A stretch of 64,000 nt of DNA from Halorussus marinus (GCF_004765795.1 NZ_SBIV01000002.1:186001-250000); one strand, 5' to 3'. Shown: positions 19,715 through 29,897, counted from the stretch's first letter. The notes: generated by a model not told the origin, from the letters alone. Translations and numbers: made by a program.

Positions 19715-21178
19715 TTATAATCCGGGCACGTCGGGGTGGCCCTCGTCGAGCGAGAGCGCGACGTTCTTGGTCTGGAGGTACGAGTCGAGCGCTTCGAGTC
19801 CCTTCTCGCGGCCGATTCCGCTCCGCTTGTAGCCTCCGAACGGGGTCGCCGTCCGGTCGCCGAACCACTCGTTGACGTAGACGGTTCCGGCGTCGATGCG
19901 GCCCGCGACGGCGTGAGCGCGTTTCACGTCGCGGGTGAAGACACCGCCCGCGAGGCCGAACTCGACGTCGTTCGCGACGGCGATCGCCTCGTCGACGTCC
20001 GAAAACGGAACGACGGTGAGTACGGGACCGAAGATCTCCTCGCGGGCGATCCGCATCTCGGGGGAAACGTCGGTGAACACCGTCGGTTCGACGAAGTGGC
20101 CGTCGCGGTCGAGCGACCCACCGCCGGCCGCGACCGTCGCGCCCTCTTCGCGTCCCACCCGGATGTACTGCTCGACCTTCTCGCGGTGTGCGGCGTGGTT
20201 GAGCGGACCCATGTCTGGGTCGTCGAGTCCGGCGTCGAGTTCGTACGCGTTCGCGACGGCGACGATGCGATCGACGAACTCCTCGTAAACGTCTTCGTGG
20301 ACCAGGGCCCGATCTGCGGCCGAGCAGACCTGTCCGGCGTTAGTGAAGATTCCGGTCGCGATCCACGAGACCGCCTCGTCGAGATCGGCGTCGGGGAAGA
20401 CGACGGCCGGGTTCTTCCCTCCGAGTTCGAGCGTGACCGGCGTTATCGTCTCTGCGGCCGCTTCCATCACGCGCTGACCGGTGGGGACGCTCCCGGTGAA
20501 CGTGATCGCGTCGACGTCCTCGTGGCCGGTCAGGGCTGCGCCCGGCTCGGCGCCGCCGGTGACGACGTTGACGACCCCGTCGGGGAGACCCGCGTCCTGA
20601 CAGAGTTCGGCAAGCCGGAGGGCCGAAAGCGGCGTCGTGGGCGATGGCTTCACGACCGTCGCGTTACCGGCGGCGAGCGCGGGCGCGACGCCGCGCGCGA
20701 AGATGTTCGCGGGGAAGTTCCACGGGATGATCTGAGCGCTCACGCCGTACGGTTCCCGGACGGTGTAATCGAGACGATCGGACTCGACCGGGACGGTCGT
20801 CCCCTCTAATTTGTCGGCCGCGCCGGCGTAGTATTCGAAGTAGCGAGCCGCGCCCTCGATGTCGCGACGGGCCTGCGACAGCGGCTTGCCCTGGTCGCGA
20901 CTCTCGAGTTCGGCGAGGTCGTGGGCGCAGTCCCTGATCTCGGCGGCGACCGCACGGAGGAGACGCCCGCGCTCCGACGGCGAGACGTCTCGCCAATCGG
21001 GAAACGCCGACTCCGCCGCCTCGACTGCACGGTCGACGTCGGGAGCGTTCGCCTCCGGGACGCTGGCTATCGCTTCGCCGGTCGCCGGGTCTTCGGTCGT
21101 TAGCCATTCGCCATCGGTCGCTGGAACGCGCTGGCCGTCGATGAAGAGGCGCTCGCGCTCGGTATCTGTCGTCGGCAT
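19715..21178 (-). CDS. NAD(P)-dependent aldehyde dehydrogenase
   Basis: PWNFP, FTGS, LELGGKNP, NAGQVCSA, EEIFGPV, PFGGYKRSG. Confidence 0.95.
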   Translation of the reverse strand: MPTTDTERERLFIDGQRVPATDGEWLTTEDPATGEAIASVPEANAPDVDRAVEAAESAFPDWRDVSPSERGRLLRAVAAEIRDCAHDLAELESRDQGKPLSQARRDIEGAARYFEYYAGAADKLEGTTVPVESDRLDYTVREPYGVSAQIIPWNFPANIFARGVAPALAAGNATVVKPSPTTPLSALRLAELCQDAGLPDGVVNVVTGGAEPGAALTGHEDVDAITFTGSVPTGQRVMEAAAETITPVTLELGGKNPAVVFPDADLDEAVSWIATGIFTNAGQVCSAADRALVHEDVYEEFVDRIVAVANAYELDAGLDDPDMGPLNHAAHREKVEQYIRVGREEGATVAAGGGSLDRDGHFVEPTVFTDVSPEMRIAREEIFGPVLTVVPFSDVDEAIAVANDVEFGLAGGVFTRDVKRAHAVAGRIDAGTVYVNEWFGDRTATPFGGYKRSGIGREKGLEALDSYLQTKNVALSLDEGHPDVPGL

Positions 21179-21390
21179 GGGTGCTGTCACCGGTGTTCGT
21201 CCGGCTCGTCAGAACCCTCTCGGCGAGCGCGTATAAAACTAGCCGGTGTCGGAAACTACAATAGATTACTATATCGCCGGAAAGTCCGTATTACGAAACC
21301 GTATTTAGTTACTTCGCACGGGATCGACCGAGCTCACCGCGACGGCGCGCCTCCGCGGTCCGTCACCCGCAGTCGATTTCGTATCGCCGG

Positions 21391-22116
21391 TTACGGTGTA
21401 AACACCGACGCCCGCCGATCGGTCACGACCCCGTAGTCTGCGTCCGCGACCGACTCGGGGAGCGCTGAGTCGCCGTCGCCGTCGGCGTACCGCGAGTCGA
21501 GGCTCGCCGAGACCGCTTCCCGGACGCAGGCCCGGGCGCACGCGCCGACCTCGGTCGCGCTCCCGGAGAACGCCGCCGGCTCGCCAGCCGGGTCGCAGGC
21601 CGCGATCGCGGCGTCGCTGGTCGTGCCCGGAAAGCCCGTGGCGGCGAGCAGGGTCGCGGTCTTGGCCTCGACCGCGACCGCGAGCAGGTTCGCGAGCGCG
21701 CCGTCGGCCAGCGATCGGTCGGCGCCGACGACGACGTTGACCGTCCCCGCGTGGCGGGGCGAGTCGCTCGGCCGCTCGACGCCGTCGGGGTCGGGGTCGG
21801 GGTCGGGGTCGATCGGGAGCGCCGCCGGGTTCGAGAGGCCCGCGGTCGCGACCGCCGCGACCGGCCCACACCGCGCCCCCCGGGCGTGGCGGAGGTCGAC
21901 GCCGGTGAGCAGGGCCGGCCCCGCCCCGTCGAAGCCCACCCGGTCGCGGCGCTCGGCCAGATAGGCGTCGAGGTCGGTCCGGTCGAACCCCTCGGGCACC
22001 GAGACGTTGTACGCGGCGTCGGCCCGGCAGTGCCCGCCCGCCCACCCCGAGGAGAGCCAGCGAGCGCCCTCGCGGCGGAGTCGCAGGACGCCGTCCCGAA
22101 CCGCCGTCTCAAACAC
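21391..22116 (-). CDS. cbiZ: Adenosylcobinamide amidohydrolase
   Basis: ATAGLSNPA, GTVN, EAK, GTTSDA; last gene of cobinamide salvage operon. Confidence 0.88.
   Translation of the reverse strand: MFETAVRDGVLRLRREGARWLSSGWAGGHCRADAAYNVSVPEGFDRTDLDAYLAERRDRVGFDGAGPALLTGVDLRHARGARCGPVAAVATAGLSNPAALPIDPDPDPDPDGVERPSDSPRHAGTVNVVVGADRSLADGALANLLAVAVEAKTATLLAATGFPGTTSDAAIAACDPAGEPAAFSGSATEVGACARACVREAVSASLDSRYADGDGDSALPESVADADYGVVTDRRASVFTP
21784..21810. repeat. Hexanucleotide tandem repeat (GTCGGG)x4.5 encoding DPDPDPDPD in CbiZ
   Basis: Directly visible; in-frame. Confidence 0.8.
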
Positions 22117-23119
22117 TCGCGAGCACCTCCAGCAGGCGGTCGTTCTCGGCGGGCGCGCGGACCGCTACCCGGACGTGCGAGTTCAGTCCCCGGAAGGTGG
22201 TGGCGTCCCGGATCGCGACGCCCCGGTCGCGGGCGGCCGCGACGAGGTCGGCGGGATCACGGGCGCCGGTATCGAGCAACAGGAACGGGGCCTCGGAGGG
22301 GTGGACGTCGAAGCGCTCGCCGAGCGCGTCCGCCAGCCGGGCGCGCTCGCTCGCGACCCGGTCGCGGGTCGCGGCGACGAACTGGGACTGGTCCAGACAG
22401 TAGGCGCCGACCCGGGCGGCGGGCGTGCCGAGGTTCCACGCCCGCCGGGCCGTCCCGAGCGCCTCGCGGGGGTCGCCGGTCGCGACCGCGAACCCCGCCC
22501 GGAGCCCGGGGAGCCCGAACAGTTTGGTGAGCGAGCGCGCGACGATGACGCCCTCGGTGCCCGCCAGCGAGGGTCGATCGGTGAACCCCAAGAACGCCTC
22601 GTCGACGACCAGACGCGTGTCGCGGTCGCGACAGCGAGCCGCGAACGCCTCGATCGCGTCGGGGTCGTACGCGTCGCCGGTCGGGTTGTTGGGGTTGCAG
22701 ACGACCGCGAGCGCGTAGTCGTCGGGGTCGGCGTCGAGCACCTCGTCGTGGGGGACGAACTCGGGCGTCGCGCCCTGCAGGCGGACCTCGCGGGCGTACT
22801 CCCCGAAGCTCGGGGACGGGACCAGCGCGTCGTCGCCCGGACCCAGCGTGGTCGCGAACGCGAGCCGGAGCGCCGCGAGGCCGCCGGGCGTCGGGACGAC
22901 CGATTCGGAGTCACAGCCGACGAAGGCGGCGGCGGCGTCTCGGAAGGCCGGATAGCCGTCGTTCGGGTAGGATCGGGCCGCGTCGAGCGCCCCGTCGTAG
23001 ACCGCATCGACTCCGTCGGGCGTCCGGGGGTTGGTGTTCGCCGAGAAGTCGAGCAGGTCGGGGTCGTCGCTCCCGCCGTGGGGAACGCGGTCGACCCCCC
23101 GGACGCTATCGGGGTCCAT
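22109..23119 (-). CDS. cobD: L-threonine-O-3-phosphate decarboxylase (PLP)
   Basis: HGG..DFSANTNP, NPNNPTG, DEAF, SLTKLFGLPGLRAG; operon context. Confidence 0.88.
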   Translation of the reverse strand: MDPDSVRGVDRVPHGGSDDPDLLDFSANTNPRTPDGVDAVYDGALDAARSYPNDGYPAFRDAAAAFVGCDSESVVPTPGGLAALRLAFATTLGPGDDALVPSPSFGEYAREVRLQGATPEFVPHDEVLDADPDDYALAVVCNPNNPTGDAYDPDAIEAFAARCRDRDTRLVVDEAFLGFTDRPSLAGTEGVIVARSLTKLFGLPGLRAGFAVATGDPREALGTARRAWNLGTPAARVGAYCLDQSQFVAATRDRVASERARLADALGERFDVHPSEAPFLLLDTGARDPADLVAAARDRGVAIRDATTFRGLNSHVRVAVRAPAENDRLLEVLASV

Positions 23120-23690
23120 CCGCACCCCCGAGCAGGGTTTCGGCGAGGTCGGCGTCCGATCGTCTGTTCACGTTGAGCGCGAATCGCGCGTCGTAGGTCT
23201 CGTAGATGGTCTCCTCGGAAGCGTCGGCGACGACGTTGATCCCGGCGGGCGCGAGCGCCCGCCCGTCGCGCTCGAAGGTGGTGTCGGCGCTCGCGCCCAG
23301 TCGGCGCTTGAGTACCGCCGGCACGCAGACCGTCACCGACCGCCCGTCGAAGGCGTCCCGGACCCGGTCGACGGCCGCCCCGTCGAGCACCGGCAGGTCG
23401 GCGGCGACGGTCAGCGCAGGCGTCCCGACCCGGTCGAGTGCGGTCCGGAGGTCGGCGACGTACCCCTCGCCGGGCGTCTCGACGACCGCGAGGTCCTCGC
23501 GGGCCGAGACGTGCGCGCGGGTCTCCGGGGCGTGGGGCGAGACGACGGCGTGGGCGCGTTCGAGCCCGCTCGCCGCGAGCGCGTCGGCGACCCGGTCGAC
23601 CATCGGCGCGCCGGCGACCTCGAACAGGGGCTTTTCGGCGTCGGCGTCGAGGCGGGTGCCCCGCCCGCCACACATCACGAGAGCGTCCAC
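23106..23690 (-). CDS. cobY: Adenosylcobinamide-phosphate guanylyltransferase
   Basis: MCGGRGTRL..EKP, ADLP, NVN. Confidence 0.88.
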   Translation of the reverse strand: MDALVMCGGRGTRLDADAEKPLFEVAGAPMVDRVADALAASGLERAHAVVSPHAPETRAHVSAREDLAVVETPGEGYVADLRTALDRVGTPALTVAADLPVLDGAAVDRVRDAFDGRSVTVCVPAVLKRRLGASADTTFERDGRALAPAGINVVADASEETIYETYDARFALNVNRRSDADLAETLLGGADGPR

Positions 23691-24439
23691 GCGATCACCC
23701 CCAAGTGGAGGCCGGCGAGCCGGCCGAGCTCGTTGGCGGCGCCGAACGCGTCGCCGCTGATCCCGCCGAGAGTCGCGTCGAACCACCGCCGGACGCCGAA
23801 CGCGGCCCCGAGCGCGCCGAGGACGGCCGCGATCGCTGGCGCGCCCAACAGCGCGACGGGGGCGGCGACGACCGCGGGCCCGGCGAGTCGGGCGGGCGGG
23901 TGGCGGGCGAACGCCGAGCCCAGCCCCTCGTGGGCGGGCCGGCCGAGACACGCCAGCGACGCCATCCCGAGTTTGGCGCCGACCTCCGCGGCGACGACGA
24001 CCCCGAACGCCCCGGCCGGCGGTCGACGCGCGAGCGCCAGCCCCGCCAGCGCGACCCCGACGAGGACGACCCCGAGCGCCAACAGCGCGCCGACCCCGAC
24101 CTCGGTGTCTTTCAGCACCGCCCGGCGTTTCTCGGGGCCGCCGTGGACGACCGCGGCGTCCCCGAGGTCGGCGACCCCGTCGGCGTGGTTGATCCCGGTG
24201 ATCGCGTAGAGCGCGAGCAGGTAGCCGAACGCGGCAGTCGGCGCGGGGACCCCGACGAGGAGGGGTCCCGCCGCGACCGCGCCGACGATCCAGCCGACCG
24301 CGGGGAAAGCGGCGGGCGTCGCGCGGAACGCGTCCCACGCCCGCTCGTCGTGGCCGACCGGCGCGCGCGTGAGAAAGCCGAGCGCGCCACGGAGCGCGGT
24401 CAGGTGACGCTCCGCGAGCGACCCCTCGTTCAGGGCCAC
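23675..24439 (-). CDS. cobS: Adenosylcobinamide-GDP ribazoletransferase (cobalamin synthase)
   Basis: GFLTR, TGINHADGVADLGD, LKD, GGISGDAFGA. Confidence 0.9.
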   Translation of the reverse strand: MALNEGSLAERHLTALRGALGFLTRAPVGHDERAWDAFRATPAAFPAVGWIVGAVAAGPLLVGVPAPTAAFGYLLALYAITGINHADGVADLGDAAVVHGGPEKRRAVLKDTEVGVGALLALGVVLVGVALAGLALARRPPAGAFGVVVAAEVGAKLGMASLACLGRPAHEGLGSAFARHPPARLAGPAVVAAPVALLGAPAIAAVLGALGAAFGVRRWFDATLGGISGDAFGAANELGRLAGLHLGVIAWTLS

Positions 24440-25365
24440 GCGACCACCCCCGCGAGCAGGAACGAGAGCAGTCCCGCGACCCCGACGATCCGGACGCCGC
24501 CCCGAGCGTCCGCGAGCGTCGGGAGCGGGGCTCCGGGGTTGAGCGCGTAGGCGCCGGGCTTTTCGAGCCGGACGTCCAGAAGCGCCGCCAGCGTCGCCAT
24601 CGGCCACCCCGAGTTCGGCGAGGCGGGGACGCCGGCCCACTCGCGGGCCGCCCGGAGCGCCGCGAGCGGTCGCGGTCGAGCGGCGTCGGCGTCCCGGACC
24701 GCGAGCGCCCCGAGAGCGAGCAGGCCGGCGCTGGCTCGGGCCGGGACCCACATGACGAGGTCGTCGAGGCGGGCGCCGGCCCCGCCGTGGGGCTTGTGCG
24801 GGTAGCCCACCATCGAGTCGACGGTGTTGACCGCCTTCACCCACGCGGCCGCGCCGGCCGCCAGCGCCACGGAGGCGGGCGCGAGGAGGGCAAACGCCAG
24901 CAGGGGCGCGACCAGTCCGTCGGTGAGGTTCTCGGCCGCGCTCTCGACGGCGGCGCTCCGGACCTCGCCGGCCGAGAGGTGGGTCGCGTCCCGGCCGGCC
25001 AGCCACCGGAGGCGCTCGCGGGCGGTCGGGAGGTCGGTCTCGGTCGCCGCCGCGACCTCGGCGGCCTTCGCGACGAGTCGCCGGAGGCTCGTGGTCGAAA
25101 AGAGCGCGACCCCCGCGACGAGGACGCCCGCCAGCGGGAACACTCGGCGGGCGAGCGCGACCGCGAGCGCGACGACGCCGGCCGCCAACAGGGGGAGCGC
25201 GACCGCCGCGACCGCGCCGGCGAGCCGCGGGCGGACCCACTCGCGGTCGAAGGAGGCGACCAGCGAGCCGAACCACGCGACCGGGTGGAACCGCGTCGGC
25301 GGTTCGGCGAGTGCGGCGTCGAGGACGATCGCGACCGCGACCGCGCCGGCGGCCGCCGCGGTCAT
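24430..25365 (-). CDS. cbiB: Adenosylcobinamide-phosphate synthase
   Basis: HPVAWFG, ESAAENLTDG, KAVNTVDSMVGY, SPNSGWPMA. Confidence 0.92.
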   Translation of the reverse strand: MTAAAAGAVAVAIVLDAALAEPPTRFHPVAWFGSLVASFDREWVRPRLAGAVAAVALPLLAAGVVALAVALARRVFPLAGVLVAGVALFSTTSLRRLVAKAAEVAAATETDLPTARERLRWLAGRDATHLSAGEVRSAAVESAAENLTDGLVAPLLAFALLAPASVALAAGAAAWVKAVNTVDSMVGYPHKPHGGAGARLDDLVMWVPARASAGLLALGALAVRDADAARPRPLAALRAAREWAGVPASPNSGWPMATLAALLDVRLEKPGAYALNPGAPLPTLADARGGVRIVGVAGLLSFLLAGVVAWP

Positions 25366-25985
25366 CGCCGACCCTCCAGCCACGCCGGGAACTCGGTCAG
25401 GCCGACGTCGTCGAGCAGGACCGCCTCGCCTCCCGCGTCCGCGACGCCCGCGTCGGTCCGAGGGTCGTCGCCGACGTGGACGAGCGCCTCGACGCCGACC
25501 CCGAGCCGGTCGGCGCAGGTCTCGAACGCCCGCGGGTCGGGCTTGCGCCACCCGCAGGCGACGCTGGTGACCACCGCGTCGAAGGCCTCGCGGTCGAGCG
25601 CCGACCGGATCAGGGTCCGGCGGGCGAGTTCGGGCACCGCGCAGTTCGAGAGCACGCCGACCGGCCCCCGATCGCTCGCGGCCGCGACCGCGGCGACGGC
25701 GCCCTCGCGCGTCTCGACGTCGGGATCGAACGCCGCGACGACCGCCCGGCGCGGGGCGTTTCCGGGCGCGTCGACGCCGCGGCTGGCGAGGGCCCCACTG
25801 ACGTGGGCCGGCAGCGGCACCTCCGCGCCGGCCGGCGCGTCGACGTGTCGCTCACGATAGGCCGCGTCCCAGTCGTCGGGGACCCGGACCCCCCGCTCGC
25901 GGAGTTCGGTCGCGACCGCCGCCGCGGGATCGGTCGGCCGGTCGGCCTCGACCAGCGTCCCGAACAGATCGAACGAAACTGCCAC
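25362..25985 (-). CDS. HAD-superfamily hydrolase (probable cobalamin-pathway phosphatase)
   Basis: SFDLFGTL, LSN, RKPDP, HVGDD; heads the salvage operon. Confidence 0.85.
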   Translation of the reverse strand: MAVSFDLFGTLVEADRPTDPAAAVATELRERGVRVPDDWDAAYRERHVDAPAGAEVPLPAHVSGALASRGVDAPGNAPRRAVVAAFDPDVETREGAVAAVAAASDRGPVGVLSNCAVPELARRTLIRSALDREAFDAVVTSVACGWRKPDPRAFETCADRLGVGVEALVHVGDDPRTDAGVADAGGEAVLLDDVGLTEFPAWLEGRR

Positions 25986-26031
25986 TACTCCGGGATTAGT
26001 CCAAGCCGACTTGAATCGCTCGGAGTCGACC

Positions 26032-27234
26032 CTACTCGACCGGGATGACGTTCGATTCGAGGTCTCGCGGGAAGTAGGTCAGCCACTCGACGCCGTCCTC
26101 GGTGACCGCGATGGTGTCCGAGTGGCGATAGCCGTACTCGTCGGTGTAGATTCCGGGCTCGATGGTGTAGACGTGTCCGGGCTCCATCTCGGCGTCGGCC
26201 GGGTCGCGCTCCTCGCGTCGCTCGCAGTGGTCGGACCATCCGCGGTCGATGTACGGCGGCTCGTGGGCGCCGAGCCCGATGTTGTGGCCGACGTGGTGCT
26301 GTGCGAGATCGGTCACGCCCTGTTCGTCGAAGTACGACCACACCTGCTCGTCGACGTGCGACAGCGGGACGCCCGGGCCGAGCGCCTCGATGGCGATCGT
26401 CTGGGCCTCCAGCATCAGCTCGAAGTAGTGGGCCTGCTCGTCGGAGGGTTCGCCGAGGAACATCGTGCGTTCGAGCTCCGAGTGGTAGCCGTCGACGTTC
26501 GCGCTCGCGCCGGTCACGAGCACGTCGCCTTCCCGGAGCCGGCGGTTCGCGGTGTGGCCGTGGGGCAGGGCGGTCTGCTCGCCGGTGATGTAGCCCGCCA
26601 TCGCGGGACCGTCTCCTCGCGTGCGCGGGACGTACTCGTCGCCCAGCGCGTCGAGCATCGCCCGCGAGGCCTCCATCGACGCTCGCTGGCTCACCGTCGC
26701 GGGGTGCTCGCCGACCTCGGTGTAGTCGGCGAGATAGCGGTGAGCGAGGTTGCCCCACCGCGCGGACTCGCGGATGAGGTCTACTTCGACGTCGGACTTG
26801 GCCCACCGCATCCGGTCGACCCAGCTCTGGGACTCGACGTCGACGTACTCCGAGAGCGCCGGCCCCTCGTAGCCCATCGCGCCCGGGGCGCCGTCGGCGT
26901 CGGCCGCGACCGACGACGCGTCGAGACCCGCGAGCATCTCGGCGGCCACCTCGATCGGTTCGCCGCCGGGGTAGTCGAAGTAGTTGTGGACCGCGTCGAT
27001 GAACGGGTTGGTCTCGACCCGCTCGACTTCGAGCCGGGGGACCGTGACCTCGGCTCGGTCGTCGGTCACCGCGAGGACCACGGGCCGTTCGGTCTGGATG
27101 TGGTCGAACCCGGTCAGATACTCGATGCTGGTCGCGCCGAACCAGACGCCGGCGTCGGCGCCGGCGTCGGCGATTCGCTTTCGGACGGCGTCGAGGCGGT
27201 CCGCGAACTCGGACTCGGGAACGCGTGTCGGCAT
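26032..27234 (-). CDS. M24 family Xaa-Pro amino/dipeptidase
   Basis: HHVGHNIGLGAHEPP, TIEPGIY, GYRHSD. Confidence 0.9.
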   Translation of the reverse strand: MPTRVPESEFADRLDAVRKRIADAGADAGVWFGATSIEYLTGFDHIQTERPVVLAVTDDRAEVTVPRLEVERVETNPFIDAVHNYFDYPGGEPIEVAAEMLAGLDASSVAADADGAPGAMGYEGPALSEYVDVESQSWVDRMRWAKSDVEVDLIRESARWGNLAHRYLADYTEVGEHPATVSQRASMEASRAMLDALGDEYVPRTRGDGPAMAGYITGEQTALPHGHTANRRLREGDVLVTGASANVDGYHSELERTMFLGEPSDEQAHYFELMLEAQTIAIEALGPGVPLSHVDEQVWSYFDEQGVTDLAQHHVGHNIGLGAHEPPYIDRGWSDHCERREERDPADAEMEPGHVYTIEPGIYTDEYGYRHSDTIAVTEDGVEWLTYFPRDLESNVIPVE

Positions 27235-27296
27235 AGGCCGAACCACGCAACCCCCGCGGTTAAATATTGACGTGGAGGCAACCCCGCGGGACCCGG

Positions 27297-27629
27297 TCAC
27301 GAGAGTCGCAGGCCCGCCCGGAGCGCCACCGCGTAGGCGGCGATCCCGATCCGGAAGAACAGGCCGAACACGACGACGAACAGGACCGACAGACCGACCG
27401 CAGTCGCGGCGACGTCGAGCGCTGACGGGGCGGCGCGGGCGGCTTCGATCGCGACGATCGCCAGCGACAGCAGGGCCGCGACCCCGCCCGCGACGTACGC
27501 ACCGACCGAGAGCCCGACGCCGACCCGGGCCTCAACGAGGTCGGCCGTCGTGCCGAGGTCGCGTGCGACACCGCCGTAGAACCCCACCAGCGCCACGACC
27601 ACCGCCGCGTCCGCGAGTTGCGCCGACAT
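27297..27629 (-). CDS. Hypothetical membrane protein
   Basis: About 110 aa with three hydrophobic segments. Confidence 0.55.
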   Translation of the reverse strand: MSAQLADAAVVVALVGFYGGVARDLGTTADLVEARVGVGLSVGAYVAGGVAALLSLAIVAIEAARAAPSALDVAATAVGLSVLFVVVFGLFFRIGIAAYAVALRAGLRLS

Positions 27630-27721
27630 CACGACCGGACGTTCGACCCGCCGGAGATAAAACGTCCGGAAGACGTGCGTCTGACGAATAACTTATGCCG
27701 GAACGACGCGAAACGAGACCG

Positions 27722-28255
27722 ATGGCAGACGCTCGCGGCCCGGCGGTCGGCGCGGAGGCGCCGGAGTTCACTGCACCACTCTCTACCTCTGAGGGAACGA
27801 CCCGATCGGTGTCGCTGTCGTCGCTGTGCGAGGACCGCGCGGTCCTGTTGGTGTTCCAGCCCACCGACTTCGGACTCGAACCGTTCGCCGAAGAGTCGGC
27901 GGTCGGCGAGTACGGCTGGTTCACCGTCGACGATCGGGTCCGGGTCGTCGGCGTCAACCGGGCGCGACCCCGGACCAACCGGAAGTTCGCCGCGCACCTC
28001 GACGTCCCGTACCCGTTTTGCTCGGATCGGAACCTCTCGATCGCGAGGGCGTACGGCGTGACCTACCGGGCGTTCGGGGTTGCCCCGCGGGCGCGCCCGG
28101 CCTGCTTTTTCGTGGATTCGGACGGCGTGGTCCGCCACCGGTGGGTTGCCGATCGGGCCCGACGGAGTCACGCCCGGGCCCAGATCCGGGACCTCTACGA
28201 GTCGGTCCTCGAGGTGCTCGGCCGCCCGACCACCGAGACCTTCGGACTCGCGTGA
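27722..28255 (+). CDS. Redoxin/BCP-like protein lacking the peroxidatic cysteine
   Basis: APEFTAP, LLVFQPTDF, VVGV, GVTYR, FFVDSDGVVR; colinear with 52437-52970 but no Cys at the active-site position. Confidence 0.8.
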   Translation: MADARGPAVGAEAPEFTAPLSTSEGTTRSVSLSSLCEDRAVLLVFQPTDFGLEPFAEESAVGEYGWFTVDDRVRVVGVNRARPRTNRKFAAHLDVPYPFCSDRNLSIARAYGVTYRAFGVAPRARPACFFVDSDGVVRHRWVADRARRSHARAQIRDLYESVLEVLGRPTTETFGLA

Positions 28256-28307
28256 TCGCGGGACCCACACCTATTTGTATCGGGAATCGGAAGCTTCGCC
28301 GAGTAGC

Positions 28308-29897
28308 ATGCGCTGGTCGACCCCATCGCCGGCCGGAAACGCGACTCTCGGCGGCCTCGGGGTCGCTGGCGTCGGATTTCTGCTGACTCGGTTCACGGTG
28401 ACGCTGGCGATCTACGACGAGCCGCGGGCGTTCTATCTCTCGGGGCTGGTGCCGCTGGTCCTCGGACTCTCGCTGACGGCGTTCGGCGTCGCGCTCGTGG
28501 TCGGACCGTTCGACCGCGCGTTCGTCCGCACCACCACCGCCTGGTGTCTGGTCGGCGCCGGCGCGATGCTCCTGCTCGTGATGTTGACGGTGCTTGGCTC
28601 GAACCCGGACGGCGTCGACGGGATGGCGCCGGTGCTGTCGGAGACGTACCTCTCGAACTTCCTCATCGGCGGGAGCGTCGGCGGGACGCTGACCGGCGTC
28701 TACGCCGCCCGGGCCGAGCGCCGGCGGCGCCAGCTCCGATCGCAGGCCAACCGGCTGGTCACCCTCAACCGGATCCTCCGCCACGAGGTCCTCAACGCGG
28801 TGACCGTCATCGGCGGGTACGCCGACGCGATCGCCGACCGCGAGCGCCCCGGGGACGAACGCGAGTCGGCCGACGTCATCCGCCGGAGGTCCGACCACAT
28901 CGTGGACACGATCGAGGACGTCGAGTACCTCACCGAGACGGGCCGATCGGCCGGGAGGGGACTGGAGCCGGTCGGGCTGGCGACGTGCCTGCGGGCGAGC
29001 GTCGAGTCGGTCCGGGCGGCGTATCCGGACGCCGAGTACGCGCTGGCTGTCGATCCGGCGGAGGGAGTCGAGGTGTGGGCCAACGAGCGGCTCGACCAAC
29101 TGTTCGAGAACCTGATCGAGAACGCCGTCGCGTACGACGGCTCCGACCGGCCCCGCGTGGAAATCGACGCGACCGTCGGCGGGCGTCGCGCGACCGTCCG
29201 CATCGCGGACGACGGACCGGGACTGCCGGCCCGCCACCGCGAGATCCTCGAAGACGGCGCCATCACCGACCACGACGACCCGTCGAGCGGGTTCGGCCTC
29301 AACGCAGTCCGCCTGCTCGCCGAGCGGTTCCACGGCGACGTACACACGACCGTGACCGACGACGGGACGACCATCGAAGTGACGCTGGTCCGGGCGAGCC
29401 GGCCGGCGCCGGCGTCCCCGACCGAGAGCGTCTCGTCGTACGGCGTCTCGCCGTCGGAGCTGACGGTCGCGGTCGGCGCGTCGGTGCTCGCGGGGGGTGC
29501 GATGGGCGTGTTCAATCAGCTCACCGGCGGGTCGATCCCCGTCATCGGCGCGCTGTACGGCGTCGCGAACCCGCTCGTCGGCTGGATCACCCACGAGTTC
29601 CACAGCGTCGTGTTCGGGATGATCTACGCGGCGATGCTGGCTGTCGTCCCCGAACGGTACGGCAGGAGCCGGCGCGGCCGATTGCTCGTCGGGGCGGGCT
29701 GGGGCGCGTTCCTCTGGGCGTTCGCGGCCGGCGTCGTCATGCCGACGTGGCTGCGGCTGGTCGGGATCTCGGCGCCGCTGCCGAACTTGGCGTGGCCGTC
29801 GCTCGCGAGCCACCTCGTCTGGGGGCTCGGCCTCGGCCTCCTGTACAGTCTGGGAACCGAGTGGTTCGGATCTGATACGCGTCCCTGGCCGCGATAG
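28308..29897 (+). CDS. Membrane sensor histidine kinase with an additional C-terminal multi-TM domain
   Basis: H-box NRILRHEVLN, N-box ENLIENA, G1 IADDGPG, G2 SGFGL; hydrophobic N- and C-terminal regions. Confidence 0.88.
   Translation: MRWSTPSPAGNATLGGLGVAGVGFLLTRFTVTLAIYDEPRAFYLSGLVPLVLGLSLTAFGVALVVGPFDRAFVRTTTAWCLVGAGAMLLLVMLTVLGSNPDGVDGMAPVLSETYLSNFLIGGSVGGTLTGVYAARAERRRRQLRSQANRLVTLNRILRHEVLNAVTVIGGYADAIADRERPGDERESADVIRRRSDHIVDTIEDVEYLTETGRSAGRGLEPVGLATCLRASVESVRAAYPDAEYALAVDPAEGVEVWANERLDQLFENLIENAVAYDGSDRPRVEIDATVGGRRATVRIADDGPGLPARHREILEDGAITDHDDPSSGFGLNAVRLLAERFHGDVHTTVTDDGTTIEVTLVRASRPAPASPTESVSSYGVSPSELTVAVGASVLAGGAMGVFNQLTGGSIPVIGALYGVANPLVGWITHEFHSVVFGMIYAAMLAVVPERYGRSRRGRLLVGAGWGAFLWAFAAGVVMPTWLRLVGISAPLPNLAWPSLASHLVWGLGLGLLYSLGTEWFGSDTRPWPR

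Noticed and set aside
21200..21390. AT-rich intergenic region as a riboswitch or sRNA
   Set aside because: Lies downstream of the cobalamin operon, fits the aldehyde dehydrogenase promoter, and shows no recognisable structure
21784..21810. Phase variation through the GTCGGG repeat in cbiZ
   Set aside because: Unit length is a multiple of three, so slippage only changes a linker length
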